A DNA stretch of 64,000 nt from Candidatus Sumerlaeota bacterium (GCA_016931035.1 JAFGFN010000026.1:21235-85234), one strand, 5' to 3'. Shown: positions 19,424 to 30,393, numbered from the stretch's first letter. The notes: generated by a model from the letters alone, not told the origin. Translations and numbers: made by a program.

Positions 19424-21116
19424 CGGGGTGCGCCGCTTCTTGCCTTTCCCTCGACAGGATCGCGTAGGAGCCGCCCGCGGGACTGTAGCCGCAGTGGACG
19501 TTCTTCACCACGCGGAAGCCTTCCCGTTTCAGCGTCTCGACCTGGTCCGCTGCGGCGCTCTCGATGATGAACCAGACCCGCCGGTCGCGCGTTTCCAGCC
19601 GGTCGAGCGCGTCGATGGATTCCGCCGCGACGAGAGCGATCTTCGTGCCGGTGCACCGGATGCGCCACGAGTGCCAGGCCCCGGTCGCCTCGTCGATCTC
19701 CCTTACGATTCGGCGCTTCAACCGATAGGTGCAAGGCGACGAGATTCTCTCGAGTTGGACCTTCCCCTTCTTCGGCGCGTTTGCGTCCAAGTGATAGAGA
19801 AGCGCGTTGTTCGAATACGGAGGATGAGTGAAGACGAGGTCGCCGTCGCGCAGTCGTGCGTGAAGAAACAGCGCGACGGATTTCCAGTCCGGTTTCGACG
19901 AGGTCCGCGCGCGGGCGACCAGCGGGGCGGTCGCCGCGCCGAAACAAACCAGGAAGAGGAGCGCGACGAGAACTCGGCCGCGCGAATGGCCGAGAGAGCG
20001 ACCCATGAGAAGCCCGAGAAGGCGCGTCCACCCGATACCCGACAGGGCGAGAATCAAGGGGAAAACGGGAATCATGTATCGCGCGTCGAAGAAATGGTCG
20101 GGCTTCATGAGGCTGAAGACGAGAACGGGAACCGCGACGACGAGAGCCGCGAAACCCAGAAGACCCCGATTCGCGCGCAACAGCCAGGGAATGGCGGATA
20201 GCACCCCTATGCCGTAGGTCCAAGACAAGGCGGGGTTGTAGAACGTGAAGCTCCCCCAGGTCAGGCGCAGGATCGACCAGACGCTTTCCTGGCCGCCTCG
20301 ATGTCCTTGCAGGAGGTACGTTCCGCCTCCCCACAGGGGGACGATACGGACGAGCGCCACGCTCGACGAGAGCGCGAGAAGCGCCACGCAGACCAGATAA
20401 TCCCGCCGGGCCGGTCTGCCTCTTCGGAACGCGGAGTAGGCGAGAAGGGCAACGTGGCCGACGACGACCACGTAGTTGAACATGCTCGTATAGAGACTCA
20501 GAATCGTCAGGCACAGCCACAAGAGCAGCGCTCGGCTCCCCTTGTCGGGTGCGGAGGGATGGATCGCGCGAAAAGCGTAGTAGGTGGAGACCGTGGCGAG
20601 GCAGGCCATCAGCGCGTACATCCGATACTCTTGGCTGTAGAAAAGATGATAGGGCGAGAGGGCGAGAAGCCCCGCCGCGAGGGTCGCCGCCCATCGGCCC
20701 GCTACGAACCGGGCCATGTGCCAGACATAGACGATGGTCAGGATGCCGAAAAGAGCGGACGGCAATCGCAGCCAGGCGGGATTCTCCGACAGTCTCTGGA
20801 ACGCCGACGCGATCCAGAAGAAAAGCGGGAGAACCCCGGTCTCGAGATTGTGGTGGTAGACCTCGGTGATCGGACCCTCGCTCTGAAAGAGGGTGAATAT
20901 CTCGTCCAGCCAAAGGGGTTGGCGCCCCAACCCCGCCAGCCGGAGCCAAGCGCCGCCCCCCACGACCAGGCAGAACGCGAATGCGTACGGCGCTCTCCGT
21001 CCGTCGCGAAAGACGGCTATCGCGTTGCGGGTAGAGGGGGATAGAGCACCCATCAACATGGTCGAATCCGGTCCGTCCCAGGCGGACACCGTATGCGGGA
21101 ATCCCGGTTCTCTCAA
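19401..21116 (-). CDS. ArnT/PMT-family (GT39/GT83-like) glycosyltransferase
   Basis: Contains the motif LRLPSALFGILTIVYVWHMARF typical of 4-amino-4-deoxy-L-arabinose / protein-O-mannosyl transferase families. Real start is probably at an internal Met (MLMGAL). Confidence 0.65.
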   Translation of the reverse strand: MREPGFPHTVSAWDGPDSTMLMGALSPSTRNAIAVFRDGRRAPYAFAFCLVVGGGAWLRLAGLGRQPLWLDEIFTLFQSEGPITEVYHHNLETGVLPLFFWIASAFQRLSENPAWLRLPSALFGILTIVYVWHMARFVAGRWAATLAAGLLALSPYHLFYSQEYRMYALMACLATVSTYYAFRAIHPSAPDKGSRALLLWLCLTILSLYTSMFNYVVVVGHVALLAYSAFRRGRPARRDYLVCVALLALSSSVALVRIVPLWGGGTYLLQGHRGGQESVWSILRLTWGSFTFYNPALSWTYGIGVLSAIPWLLRANRGLLGFAALVVAVPVLVFSLMKPDHFFDARYMIPVFPLILALSGIGWTRLLGLLMGRSLGHSRGRVLVALLFLVCFGAATAPLVARARTSSKPDWKSVALFLHARLRDGDLVFTHPPYSNNALLYHLDANAPKKGKVQLERISSPCTYRLKRRIVREIDEATGAWHSWRIRCTGTKIALVAAESIDALDRLETRDRRVWFIIESAAADQVETLKREGFRVVKNVHCGYSPAGGSYAILSRERQEAAHPVREAPGS

Positions 21117-21199
21117 GACAAAAACCGGGGAAAACGCTTGAAAACCGCCTCGCTGAAGCGCGATGGTGGGACGGGACGAGATTCACTCGGACGGCGACC

Positions 21200-21817
21200 A
21201 TGACAGAGGCCTCTTCATCGGACATCGACGCACGCGACGGCCAATGGCTTCTCGCTTTGGCCAGGCGCACGCTCGAACGCTTGGCGCCCGACGGCGGGTC
21301 CCAGACTCCCGATGAGGCGCGGGTGATTCCCGACGACGAGATCCCACCGAACGTTCGTCCCAAACGCGGGGTCTTTGTCACGCTCCGGAAGCACGGCGCG
21401 TTGCGCGGGTGCATCGGCTATATCGTATCGCCCGTCCCGCTCTATCGCGCCGTGATCGAGAATGCCGTGAGCGCCGCGCGGCGCGACCCGCGGTTTCCCC
21501 CCGTTTCGTCCAGCGAAGTGCCCGATCTCCACATCGAGATCTCCGTTCTCACCGTCCCGCGCAAGATCCAGACCCTTGACGAGATCGTGGTCGGGCGTCA
21601 TGGACTGATCGCCACTCAAGGGCACATGCGCGGCCTGCTTCTTCCCCAGGTGCCGGGCGAATACGGCTGGGACCGCGATACGTTTCTCGATCACACGTGC
21701 ATGAAGGCGGGACTCGCGCGCGACGCCTGGCGATCGGGCAAGGTGCAATTCGAGGTCTTCTCGGCCACCATCTTTGCCGAGGCCGAACGAGGCGGCGCGC
21801 GCGATCGACTCGTCTGA
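21200..21817 (+). CDS. AMMECR1 domain protein
   Basis: Contains the motif GALRGCIGYI, with the conserved Cys-Gly that is characteristic of AMMECR1. Confidence 0.8.
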   Translation: MTEASSSDIDARDGQWLLALARRTLERLAPDGGSQTPDEARVIPDDEIPPNVRPKRGVFVTLRKHGALRGCIGYIVSPVPLYRAVIENAVSAARRDPRFPPVSSSEVPDLHIEISVLTVPRKIQTLDEIVVGRHGLIATQGHMRGLLLPQVPGEYGWDRDTFLDHTCMKAGLARDAWRSGKVQFEVFSATIFAEAERGGARDRLV

Positions 21818-21891
21818 GCGCGACAAAACCGACGTTCCCAAGAGGAGCGCTCCGCGGCCGCTCCCCCGTGCGCCCCCAGTCGAAGGTTTCG

Positions 21892-22515
21892 ATGGACTCC
21901 ATCACCCACATTCTGAGCGCCGTGATCGTCACCGAGCCGCTGCCCGTCCCCGCGGTCGAGGAGGGTGCAGTCTACGCGCGTTGGCGAGAGCGCTTGGCGA
22001 TCCTCCTCGCGGCCCTGCTGCCCGACGCCGACGGCGTTCTCGGTTGGATCGACCCGGCGCTTTACGCCCGCTATCACCGCGTCGCGACGCATTCCGTTCT
22101 GGGGCTTGTGATCCTCGTCTTTCTTTCGGCTTGGATCGCGCGCGCGTGGCCCGAGACCCTCCTGCCCCCTTTCGTCCGACGGCGATACGCGGGGCAAAAG
22201 ACGATCCCTCCGGCCTTCCGGCGTCTTCTGGCGTTCGCCTCTGTCGCGATTGTGTGCCATTGGCTGGGCGATTGGGTGGCGCGATGGGGGATTTGGCCGC
22301 TTTGGCCGTTCTGGAACGAGGATGTCGCTCTGGGACGCGTCAACTCGCTCGACGGCGTTCTCCTCGCCTTGACCGTGACGGCTTGGGCGATCCAACATCT
22401 CTTTCTCGTTCGGGGCAAGCGCCGCGCGGGTTGGATCGTCGCAGCGACCTGGATTCTCCTTTTCGCCGCGTACGTGTGGCTTCGGCCCTACTGGGGGCCG
22501 CCCGCCTATGTGTGA
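21892..22515 (+). CDS. Membrane-bound metal-dependent hydrolase (YdjM/DUF457 family)
   Basis: Starts MDSITHIL. Four hydrophobic helices, 207 aa. Confidence 0.55.
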   Translation: MDSITHILSAVIVTEPLPVPAVEEGAVYARWRERLAILLAALLPDADGVLGWIDPALYARYHRVATHSVLGLVILVFLSAWIARAWPETLLPPFVRRRYAGQKTIPPAFRRLLAFASVAIVCHWLGDWVARWGIWPLWPFWNEDVALGRVNSLDGVLLALTVTAWAIQHLFLVRGKRRAGWIVAATWILLFAAYVWLRPYWGPPAYV

Positions 22516-22636
22516 CCAGGAGGGCGGATCGAACGATTCGCATCGCAAATCCCTCCTTCTCGCTTTGTGCGCACGCTCGTCTGCGGTTTTTCTCTCCTTG
22601 ACACCCTCGGTGCGGCCTGATACTTCTACTTGAATT

Positions 22637-23821
22637 TTGGGTTGGAGAAAGGACCCGAGGGTGACCGACTTCGGCGAGCTCCGCCGAGCCGAACGACCGA
22701 CAGCGCGGCTGATGCTCGAGGACGGCGTGTGGTTTGAAGGGACTGGCTTTGGGAAACCAGGCGAGACCGTCGGAGAAGTCGTTTTCAATACCTCGATGAC
22801 GGGGTATCAGGAAATCCTGACCGATCCCTCCTATTTCGGTCAGATGGTCACGATGACCTATCCCCTGATCGGCAACTACGGCGCCACCCCCCTCGACGAA
22901 GAATCCGCCCGACCCCAGGCGCGCGCCCTGATCGTCAAGGAACTTTCCCAGACTTACAGCAATTGGCGGGGCGAGGACTCGCTCGACGCCTATCTCCGGC
23001 GGGCGGGCGTCGTAGGTCTGACCGACATCGACACCCGCGCCCTGGTTCTACACCTTCGCAACACGGGGGCGAAAAACGGCGTCCTGAGCACTGAGGACAT
23101 GGACCTGGACTCGCTCCGCGCCAAGGCCCGGGCCGCGCCCAAGATGGCGGGGCTCGACTTGGCTCAGTGCGTGACGTGCGAAGGCAAATACGAATACGAG
23201 GGCGCACGCCGCGGTCTGCCCCAGGACGGACGCCGCATCCTCCACGTGGTCGCCTACGACTTCGGGATGAAACGCAACATTTGCGACCTCATGCGGGCCG
23301 AAGGGTTCCGGGTCACCGTCGTCCCCGCGCGCGCAACCGCCGAAGAGGCGCTCGCGCTCGAACCCGACGGCATCTTCTTGAGCAACGGTCCCGGCGATCC
23401 CGAGCCATGCACCTACGCGATCGAAGCCGCGCGCGAGCTCATCCAAGGGGGAAAGCCGACGTTCGGGATCTGTCTGGGGCACCAAATCATGGGCCTCGCC
23501 CTCGGCGGCAAGACCTACAAGCTCAAGTTCGGCCATCGCGGCGCCAACCACCCGGTGCGCGACGAAGCGACGGGCCGGATCGAGATCACGTCGCAGAACC
23601 ACGGTTTCTGCGTCGATGCCGACAGCCTGGACCCCTCGAAGGTCGAAATCACGCACTGGAACCTCAACGACATGACCGTCGAGGGGCTGCGGCACAAGGA
23701 ATTGCCCGCGTTCTCGGTGCAGTACCACCCCGAGGCCTCGCCCGGGCCGCACGACGCATCGTATCTGTTTCCGAGGTTTCGGAAGATGATCGAAGAGAAT
23801 CTCCTTATAAGGATGAAGTAG
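22637..23821 (+). CDS. carA: Carbamoyl-phosphate synthase small (glutaminase) subunit
   Basis: Glutaminase catalytic motif GICLGHQ. An alternative start is at 22712 ([14 protein letters not shown]). Confidence 0.9.
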   Translation: MGWRKDPRVTDFGELRRAERPTARLMLEDGVWFEGTGFGKPGETVGEVVFNTSMTGYQEILTDPSYFGQMVTMTYPLIGNYGATPLDEESARPQARALIVKELSQTYSNWRGEDSLDAYLRRAGVVGLTDIDTRALVLHLRNTGAKNGVLSTEDMDLDSLRAKARAAPKMAGLDLAQCVTCEGKYEYEGARRGLPQDGRRILHVVAYDFGMKRNICDLMRAEGFRVTVVPARATAEEALALEPDGIFLSNGPGDPEPCTYAIEAARELIQGGKPTFGICLGHQIMGLALGGKTYKLKFGHRGANHPVRDEATGRIEITSQNHGFCVDADSLDPSKVEITHWNLNDMTVEGLRHKELPAFSVQYHPEASPGPHDASYLFPRFRKMIEENLLIRMK

Positions 23822-23852
23822 GAAGGATGAAGGATGAAATAGGAAGGATGAA
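23811..23852. repeat. 2 x 21-bp tandem direct repeat (ggatgaaRtaggaaggatgaa) spanning the carA stop codon
   Basis: The two copies are 20/21 identical. The first copy contains the carA TAG at 23819-23821. Confidence 0.7.
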
Positions 23853-23895
23853 CGACGAGAGACTGAGGGTTTCCTGAAACGAGGTTCTCTTGTGT

Positions 23896-24045
23896 GGAGT
23901 GCGGAACCTTGGTTCCGCTTTCATCGGCGGGAGCTTGCTCCCGACGAACCGGGAGATCGGAGAGTCTATAGTCGACGGCGCAAGCAAGATTGCGCCGCAA
24001 AAAGCGGAGCCCAGTCCGCCTCAGGCGGACAAGGTTCCGCACTCC
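23896..24045. repeat. 16-bp perfect inverted repeat (ggagtgcggaaccttg / caaggttccgcactcc) enclosing 118 bp with nested hairpins. MITE-like element or structured leader RNA.
   Basis: Left arm 23896-23911, right arm 24030-24045. Internal hairpins: gggagcttgctccc, ggcgcaa-gcaaga-ttgcgcc, gtccgcc-tca-ggcggac. Confidence 0.5.
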
Positions 24046-24058
24046 AAAACGGAGAAGA

Positions 24059-24700
24059 ATGCCCGACACGCCGCCCACAACGCTTTTCATCGTCCGTCAC
24101 GGCGAGACCGCCTGGAACGTCGAGCAGCGTCTCCAGGGGCAGTTGGACAGTCCTCTGACCGACCTGGGTCGGCGACAGGCCGAAGCGGTCGCCGAGCGAT
24201 TGGCCGAGGAGAACCTGGACGTTCTCTATAGCAGCGACCTTGGTCGCGCGATGGAAACCGCTCGCGTCATTGCCGACCGCTGCGGCGGTCCGGAGATCGT
24301 TCCGGACGCAGGATTAAGGGAGCGCAACTTCGGCATCTTCAACGGACTGAATTTCGCCGAGGCGCGCGAGCGAGACCCCGAGGCGTACTCGCACTGGATG
24401 GAATACGACTACGTAGTCCCCGGCGGCGAAAGCCCTCGCCAGAAGGCCGAGCGCGGGATCGCGGCGGTCGAAACCGTCGCGCGGCGTCATCCGGGAAGGA
24501 AGATCGGCATCGTGACGCACGGTGGCATTCTGACGAGTCTTCTGCGCCGCGTGATGCACGTCGAGGCCGAGGCGCCGCACGGGTTCCTGACGTACAACGG
24601 CGCGGTCAACGTCTTTCTGATGGAGAACGGCGCGCTGAAACTCTCGACCTGGGGCGACATCCGCCATCTCCGCCGCATCGGGACGAAGGACGATTTCTAG
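24059..24700 (+). CDS. Histidine phosphatase family protein (phosphoglycerate mutase-like)
   Basis: Catalytic RHGET motif at the N-terminus ([12 protein letters not shown]). Confidence 0.8.
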   Translation: MPDTPPTTLFIVRHGETAWNVEQRLQGQLDSPLTDLGRRQAEAVAERLAEENLDVLYSSDLGRAMETARVIADRCGGPEIVPDAGLRERNFGIFNGLNFAEARERDPEAYSHWMEYDYVVPGGESPRQKAERGIAAVETVARRHPGRKIGIVTHGGILTSLLRRVMHVEAEAPHGFLTYNGAVNVFLMENGALKLSTWGDIRHLRRIGTKDDF

Positions 24701-24722
24701 CCGAGCGCGAGACACTCATCGA

Positions 24723-27700
24723 ATGCCCAAACGCACCGACATCCACAAGATCCTCATCATCGGCTCCGGCCCGATCGTCATCGGCCAGGCGTGCGAGTTC
24801 GACTATTCCGGCACCCAAGGATGCAAAGCGCTGCGCGAAGACGGCTACGAGGTCGTCCTGGTCAATTCGAATCCCGCCACGATCATGACCGACCCCGAGT
24901 TCGGCGATCGCACCTATATCGAACCGCTTACCGTCGAAACCGTGGCCGAGATCATCGCCGCCGAGCGGCCCGATGCCCTTTTGCCCACCCTGGGCGGCCA
25001 GACGGGCCTGAACCTGGCGATGGACCTCCACCACGCCGGGGTCCTCGACAAGTACAACGTCGAGATGATCGGCGCCAAACCCGACGCGATCGAACGCGCC
25101 GAGGATCGCCTCCACTTCAAGGAGACGATGGAGCGCATCGGGATCGACGTGCCGCGCAGCGTCGTCGTGAAGACCCTGGACGAGGCTCGTCGCGCCGCCG
25201 AATCCCTCGGTTATCCCAACATCGTCCGTCCCTCCTACACCCTCGGCGGCACCGGCGGCGGCGTGGCCTACAATCCCGAGGAGTTCGAAGAAATCGTCAA
25301 GCGCGGCCTCTTTCTCTCTCCGATCACCGAAGTCATGATCGAGGAGTCGGTCCTCGGCTGGAAAGAGTACGAGCTCGAAGTGATGCGCGACATGGCCGAC
25401 AACGTCGTCATCGTCTGCTCGATCGAGAACGTCGACTCGATGGGGGTCCACACCGGCGACTCGATCACCGTCGCCCCAATCCAGACCCTGAGCGACGTCG
25501 AGTACCAGGCGATGCGCGACGAAGCGATTCGCATCATCCGCGCCATCGGAGTCGATACGGGCGGAAGCAACATCCAGTTCGCCGTCCACCCCGAGAACGG
25601 CCGACGCGTCGCCATCGAAATGAACCCGCGCGTGTCGCGTTCGAGCGCGCTCGCCTCGAAGGCGACGGGTTTCCCGATCGCCAAGATCGCGGCGAAACTC
25701 GCCGTCGGATACCGTCTCGACGAGTTGCCCAACGACATCACGCAAAAGACCCCCGCCTGTTTCGAGCCGACCATCGACTACTGCGTCGTCAAGATTCCGC
25801 GGTTCAACTTCGAGAAGTTTCCCGGCGCCGACCCGACCCTCGGCACCCAGATGAAATCGGTCGGCGAGACGATGGCGATCGGCCGCACGTTCAAGGAAGC
25901 GCTCCAGAAGGGTCTTCGCGGACTGGAGATCGGCCGCCACGGTCTCGGCGCCGACGGCAAGTCGGTCCCGCCCGGCTCGGGCAACCCGACGGGGATCGAC
26001 CGCGAGCTACTCGAGGGCAAACTCAAGACACCCAACGCCGACCGGATCTTCTACGTCAAGTACGCCCTCGTGCAGGGGATGTCGATCGACCGGGTCTACG
26101 CGCTCACCGCCATCGATCCCTGGTTCCTGGTCAACATCGCCGACCTGATCGAAATGGAACGCGAGATCGAGAACGAGATCGTCCCGCTCCTGGGCAACCC
26201 GACGCAACACGCCGAGGGCACGCCCCTCGCGCGGCGGATGCGCCGCGCCAAACAGTTCGGCTTCAGCGATTTCCAGATCGCCACGATTGCGAATCGGGTC
26301 CTCGGGCCCATAAGTCCTATAGGTCCTATGTGTCCTATTCTTTCCGAGATGGACATCCGCAAGATCCGTCTCGCCCTCGGCGTCCGCGCGGTCTACAAGT
26401 GCGTCGATACGTGCGCGGGCGAGTTCGAAGCGTACACGCCCTACTTCTACTCGACCTACGACGCCGCGCCTTACCCCTGGGCCAACGAACCGAAACGTTC
26501 GGACAAGAAACGCGTCATCATCCTCGGCGGCGGCCCGAATCGCATCGGCCAGGGGATCGAGTTCGACTATTGCTGCGTCCAGGCGGTCTTCGCCCTTCAG
26601 AAGCTCGGCTGCGAAGCCATCATGGTCAACTCGAATCCCGAGACGGTCTCGACCGACTACGACACCGCCGACAAACTCTACTTCGAGCCGCTGACCGTCG
26701 AGGACGTTCTCAACATCTGCGATCAGGAACAGCCCGACGGCGTGATCGTCCAGTTCGGCGGCCAAACGCCTCTCAATCTCGCGAAGAAACTCGAAGCCGC
26801 GGGCGTCCCCATCGTCGGCACCTCGCCCCGCTCGATCGAACTGGCCGAGGACCGCAAGTTCTTCAGCGAACTCCTCGACTCGCTCGAGATTCCGCAGACG
26901 GAAAGCGGCACCGGGTTCACCTTCGAGGAATGCCGCACGGTCGCGAACCGCATCGGCTATCCCGTCATGGTGCGCCCCTCGTTCGTCCTAGGCGGACGCT
27001 CGATGGAAACCGTGTACGACGACGAGACGCTCGAACGCTACATGGTCGAGGCCGTGAAGGTCTCGCCCGAGCACCCGATCCTGATCGACAAGTTCCTCGA
27101 GGAAGCGATCGAGGTGGACGTCGACGCGGTGGCCGACACAGAGAACGTCGTCATCGCCGCCATCATGGAACACATCGAACTCGCCGGAATCCACTCGGGC
27201 GACTCGGCCTGCGTTATTCCCACCCACACGCTGGCGCCCGAAATCCTCGACACCATACGCGACTACACCCGCGCCCTAGGCAAGGCGCTCGACGTTCGCG
27301 GACTCATGAACATCCAGTACGCCGTTAAGGACGGCCGGGTCTACGTCCTCGAAGTCAACCCGCGCGCCTCGCGCACCGTTCCGTTCGTGAGCAAGGCCAT
27401 CGGCCGCCCCGTGGCCCAGATCGCCACCCGGGTGATGACCGGCATGACGCTCGCCGAAGCGGGCTTCACCCGCGAGGTCGTCATCCCGCATTACGCCGTC
27501 AAGGAAGCGGTTCTCCCGTTCCTCAAGTTCCAGGGCGCGCGCATCGCCCTCGGGCCCGAGATGCGATCGACCGGCGAAGTCATGGGGATCGACATGGATT
27601 TCGGCCTCGCGTTCATTAAGTCGCAACAAGGCGCCATGGGTCACTTCCCCACGAGCGGCGGCGTCTTCGTCTCGGTCTGCGACAAAGACAAGCCCCTCAT

Positions 27701-28061
27701 CGCCCCGATCGCGCGCGAGCTCGTCAAACTCGGGTTCGTGCTCTACGCGACGCGCGGAACGCAGGACTTTCTCGCCGGCCAGGGCGTCCCCGCCAAGAAG
27801 GTTTTCAAGGTCAACGAAGGCCGGCCCAACGTCGTGGACCTGATGATCGACGGCAAGCTCGACCTCATCGTCAACACCCCGCTGGGACGCGCCTCGATGT
27901 ACGACGAAGCGGCGATCCGCGCCAACGCCGTTTCGCGCAACGTCTGCCTTGTGACGACGCTCGCCGCCGCCCGCGCGGTGGTCGAGGGTCTCCAGGCGCT
28001 CCGCGCCCAAAAACCCACCACCAAAGCGCTGCAGGACTATCACCGTGAGATCGCGCGATGA
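24723..28061 (+). CDS. carB: Carbamoyl-phosphate synthase large subunit
   Basis: 1112 aa with duplicated ATP-grasp halves (two copies of FDYSGTQ/FDYCCVQ) and a C-terminal MGS-like domain. Confidence 0.95.
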   Translation: MPKRTDIHKILIIGSGPIVIGQACEFDYSGTQGCKALREDGYEVVLVNSNPATIMTDPEFGDRTYIEPLTVETVAEIIAAERPDALLPTLGGQTGLNLAMDLHHAGVLDKYNVEMIGAKPDAIERAEDRLHFKETMERIGIDVPRSVVVKTLDEARRAAESLGYPNIVRPSYTLGGTGGGVAYNPEEFEEIVKRGLFLSPITEVMIEESVLGWKEYELEVMRDMADNVVIVCSIENVDSMGVHTGDSITVAPIQTLSDVEYQAMRDEAIRIIRAIGVDTGGSNIQFAVHPENGRRVAIEMNPRVSRSSALASKATGFPIAKIAAKLAVGYRLDELPNDITQKTPACFEPTIDYCVVKIPRFNFEKFPGADPTLGTQMKSVGETMAIGRTFKEALQKGLRGLEIGRHGLGADGKSVPPGSGNPTGIDRELLEGKLKTPNADRIFYVKYALVQGMSIDRVYALTAIDPWFLVNIADLIEMEREIENEIVPLLGNPTQHAEGTPLARRMRRAKQFGFSDFQIATIANRVLGPISPIGPMCPILSEMDIRKIRLALGVRAVYKCVDTCAGEFEAYTPYFYSTYDAAPYPWANEPKRSDKKRVIILGGGPNRIGQGIEFDYCCVQAVFALQKLGCEAIMVNSNPETVSTDYDTADKLYFEPLTVEDVLNICDQEQPDGVIVQFGGQTPLNLAKKLEAAGVPIVGTSPRSIELAEDRKFFSELLDSLEIPQTESGTGFTFEECRTVANRIGYPVMVRPSFVLGGRSMETVYDDETLERYMVEAVKVSPEHPILIDKFLEEAIEVDVDAVADTENVVIAAIMEHIELAGIHSGDSACVIPTHTLAPEILDTIRDYTRALGKALDVRGLMNIQYAVKDGRVYVLEVNPRASRTVPFVSKAIGRPVAQIATRVMTGMTLAEAGFTREVVIPHYAVKEAVLPFLKFQGARIALGPEMRSTGEVMGIDMDFGLAFIKSQQGAMGHFPTSGGVFVSVCDKDKPLIAPIARELVKLGFVLYATRGTQDFLAGQGVPAKKVFKVNEGRPNVVDLMIDGKLDLIVNTPLGRASMYDEAAIRANAVSRNVCLVTTLAAARAVVEGLQALRAQKPTTKALQDYHREIAR

Positions 28062-28407
28062 AATCGAACTGATTGAGAAACTCTCTCAAAGGGGGTATTC
28101 CGAACAGGCCGCAGAGCATTTCGCTGGAACCCCGCCGAAGAGAACACAGAGAGGATAGCGACAAGGGCGCGTGTCCACGGATGGATGCAGATGGCCATTT
28201 GTCCGGCGGATTTCCCTGTGGCGAATCGAGTCTCCAGGAAAAACAGGCGCCACCGCCGGGCTGGCTGTGGTAAACTGGTCCTCCAACTATCTGCCGGGAA
28301 CCGTAGCCCGGAATGATTTCCGGCTCGGATTCGGATTAACCCTCAACCGAAAAGCGAGAAAAGTCGATTCAGTCCGAGTACGAACAGCCTCAAGGAGGTG
28401 CTTGCTC

Positions 28408-29790
28408 ATGGGGTCATTGAGATCGCGGGGATTCACGCCTGGACGGCTGTTGGCTGTTGCGTTCGTCGTTTGCCTTCCGATGGCCGAAGCGCGCGCCAAC
28501 GACTGGTTCCAATACAACGGCAATCTGGGAGACCGCGCCTCGACCGAAACGATCGGCACCATCGACTGGTCGGTGTCTTCGCCTCCGCTGCCCGACTGGG
28601 AGATTCCCATTACGAACGGATTCAGCTCGTTCTCCGTCGTGGACGGCAAGATGTATACCACGGTCAGCCGGGTCCACACGGATATGGTCACTCGTGAATT
28701 CTGCGTCGCCTACGACGCCGCCTCCGGCACGGAACTCTGGGCGATGCCGATGAGCCCGGCCTCCTACGCCAGCGGCGCAACCGCGCTTGGAGAGCAGGAC
28801 GGACCACGATCGACGCCGACCTGCGACGGCGAAAGGGTTTATGTCCTCGATAACGACCTGAGACTCTACTGCTTCGACGTCGGCGATGGCCATGTGGTCT
28901 GGAGCAAGAACATCATGACGGAATACAGCGGACGGACGATCGGCTACGACTGCGCGGCTTCGCCTCTGCTCGAAGGCGAGTCGGTCGTTGTACCCGGCGG
29001 CGGCAACGGCCAGGGCTTCCTCGCTTTCAATCGCACCGACGGCGTCCTGGCCTGGGCAAGCAACGTCAATGAGTACATGACTCAGGCCTCGCCCGTCGCC
29101 GCCACCATCCACGGCGTGCGGCAGATCGTCTTCCTTGTCCAGCACAGGTTGATCTCAGTGAACGCCGCCACGGGTGTGGAGCTCTGGCGTTACACCGTCG
29201 GCTACGCCACCGCCGCCGGGGCCTCGCCGGTCGTCTGCAACGGAAATTACGTCTATCACTCGACGTCTTATAGCTCCGGCGAGGGGGGGGTGTGCCGGAT
29301 CGACTGGGACGGCGCCAACTTCTCGGCCGTCGAGATCTGGCGCACGCCGTACCCGACGTTGTCGAATCATTGGAGTACGGCCGTTTACTACGACGGCTAT
29401 ATCTACGGTCTGTATGGCCACGCTGGGCCCACGACCTACAATCTCCCGCTCAAGTGCGTGGATTTGATGACGGGAACCGTGATGTGGTCGCACAGTGACA
29501 GTGGTGTCGGTGATTTCGGTCCGGGCGGCTTGATGCGGGTGGGCGACAAAGTCGTCGTCTTGGCGGCCAACGGCAACGTCGTCGTCGTCCAGGCGACGTC
29601 CACGGCCTACACCGAGATTACGCGGGCGGACATGCTCGACGGGAAATGCTGGTCCAGCCCCGTACTGAGCGACAATCGGCTCTACATACGCAGCATCACG
29701 CAGGGAAAACGATTCCCGTTCTCCACGATCGCGACGCCGACCCCGACGCCGGCGCCGTCGGGCGCGAGACTCCTCGATATCTACGAGTGA
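28408..29790 (+). CDS. Secreted PQQ-like beta-propeller repeat protein (BamB-like fold)
   Basis: RBS aaggagg at 28393-28399. Signal peptide present. Repeated W-containing blades (VVWS, VLAWAS, ELWRY, VMWSH). Confidence 0.7.
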   Translation: MGSLRSRGFTPGRLLAVAFVVCLPMAEARANDWFQYNGNLGDRASTETIGTIDWSVSSPPLPDWEIPITNGFSSFSVVDGKMYTTVSRVHTDMVTREFCVAYDAASGTELWAMPMSPASYASGATALGEQDGPRSTPTCDGERVYVLDNDLRLYCFDVGDGHVVWSKNIMTEYSGRTIGYDCAASPLLEGESVVVPGGGNGQGFLAFNRTDGVLAWASNVNEYMTQASPVAATIHGVRQIVFLVQHRLISVNAATGVELWRYTVGYATAAGASPVVCNGNYVYHSTSYSSGEGGVCRIDWDGANFSAVEIWRTPYPTLSNHWSTAVYYDGYIYGLYGHAGPTTYNLPLKCVDLMTGTVMWSHSDSGVGDFGPGGLMRVGDKVVVLAANGNVVVVQATSTAYTEITRADMLDGKCWSSPVLSDNRLYIRSITQGKRFPFSTIATPTPTPAPSGARLLDIYE

Positions 29791-29802
29791 GTCAGACCGC
29801 CG

Positions 29803-30393
29803 TCAAGGCGCGCTTTTCACGTTGTTGTCGATGATATCCCCGCTCGAAACCGTCCCGTTCGATGGGTCGTAGTACATGTAGTTCTGGCCGGCGAGCAGGT
29901 CTTGCGCGATGGTCCCGACATCGTCGTGCACGTCGACGTCCAGGTCCGGGCCATGGCTCATCAGGAACCACTTGAGGCCCTGGGCCCTCAGCTGCGGGTA
30001 CGTCTCCTCCCACCGAGTCGTATTGTAGTAGCGGTAGTATTTCGCGTCTCCGAACTCGGCGGGATCGAGAGTGAGGTCCTTTCTCGGAAACGACTCGCGC
30101 GGGAAAGACGTCAGAAAGGCCACGGGCGTGGTGAGCTGAGGAATATCGACCAGCGACGTATGCCAGGTGGCCGCGGCCGGGTCGGGGTAATGGTTGAAAT
30201 CCACCATGTACTCCTCCAGGCCCGTGCGAACGGTTCGCATGTCGGCCTTGGCGCGCGAAACTTTGGAGCGTGTCTGCGCTTCCAGGAAATTCGGGACCGC
30301 GATCGCCGCGAGAATGGCGATGATGGCAACCACGATAAGCAATTCGATGAGCGTGAAACCGGGTTGTCCTTCATACCTCGGCGAGGACCGCAT
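29803..30393 (-). CDS. Prepilin-type N-terminal cleavage/methylation domain protein (type II secretion pseudopilin-like)
   Basis: MRSSPRYEGQPGFTLIELLIVVAIIAILAAIAVPNF is a canonical class III signal with conserved Glu at +5. Start at an internal Met of the longer ORF. Confidence 0.75.
   Translation of the reverse strand: MRSSPRYEGQPGFTLIELLIVVAIIAILAAIAVPNFLEAQTRSKVSRAKADMRTVRTGLEEYMVDFNHYPDPAAATWHTSLVDIPQLTTPVAFLTSFPRESFPRKDLTLDPAEFGDAKYYRYYNTTRWEETYPQLRAQGLKWFLMSHGPDLDVDVHDDVGTIAQDLLAGQNYMYYDPSNGTVSSGDIIDNNVKSAP

Noticed and set aside
21200-22515. AMMECR1 as part of an AmmeMemoRadiSam trio
   Set aside because: No Memo-like or radical SAM activating enzyme gene is adjacent. The next gene is a membrane hydrolase, so the trio is not present here.
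22598-22625. Possible sigma70 promoter TTGACA-N15/16-GATACT upstream of carA
   Set aside because: Spacer length and the -10 hexamer are suboptimal, and promoter consensus for this lineage is unknown. Too weak to list as a feature.
23813-23863. Tiny ORF MKDEIGRMNDERLRVS downstream of carA as a leader peptide
   Set aside because: It arises from the tandem repeat containing ATG, is in frame with a spurious 236-aa ORF, and has no clear independent RBS spacing. Kept only as a remark within the repeat finding.
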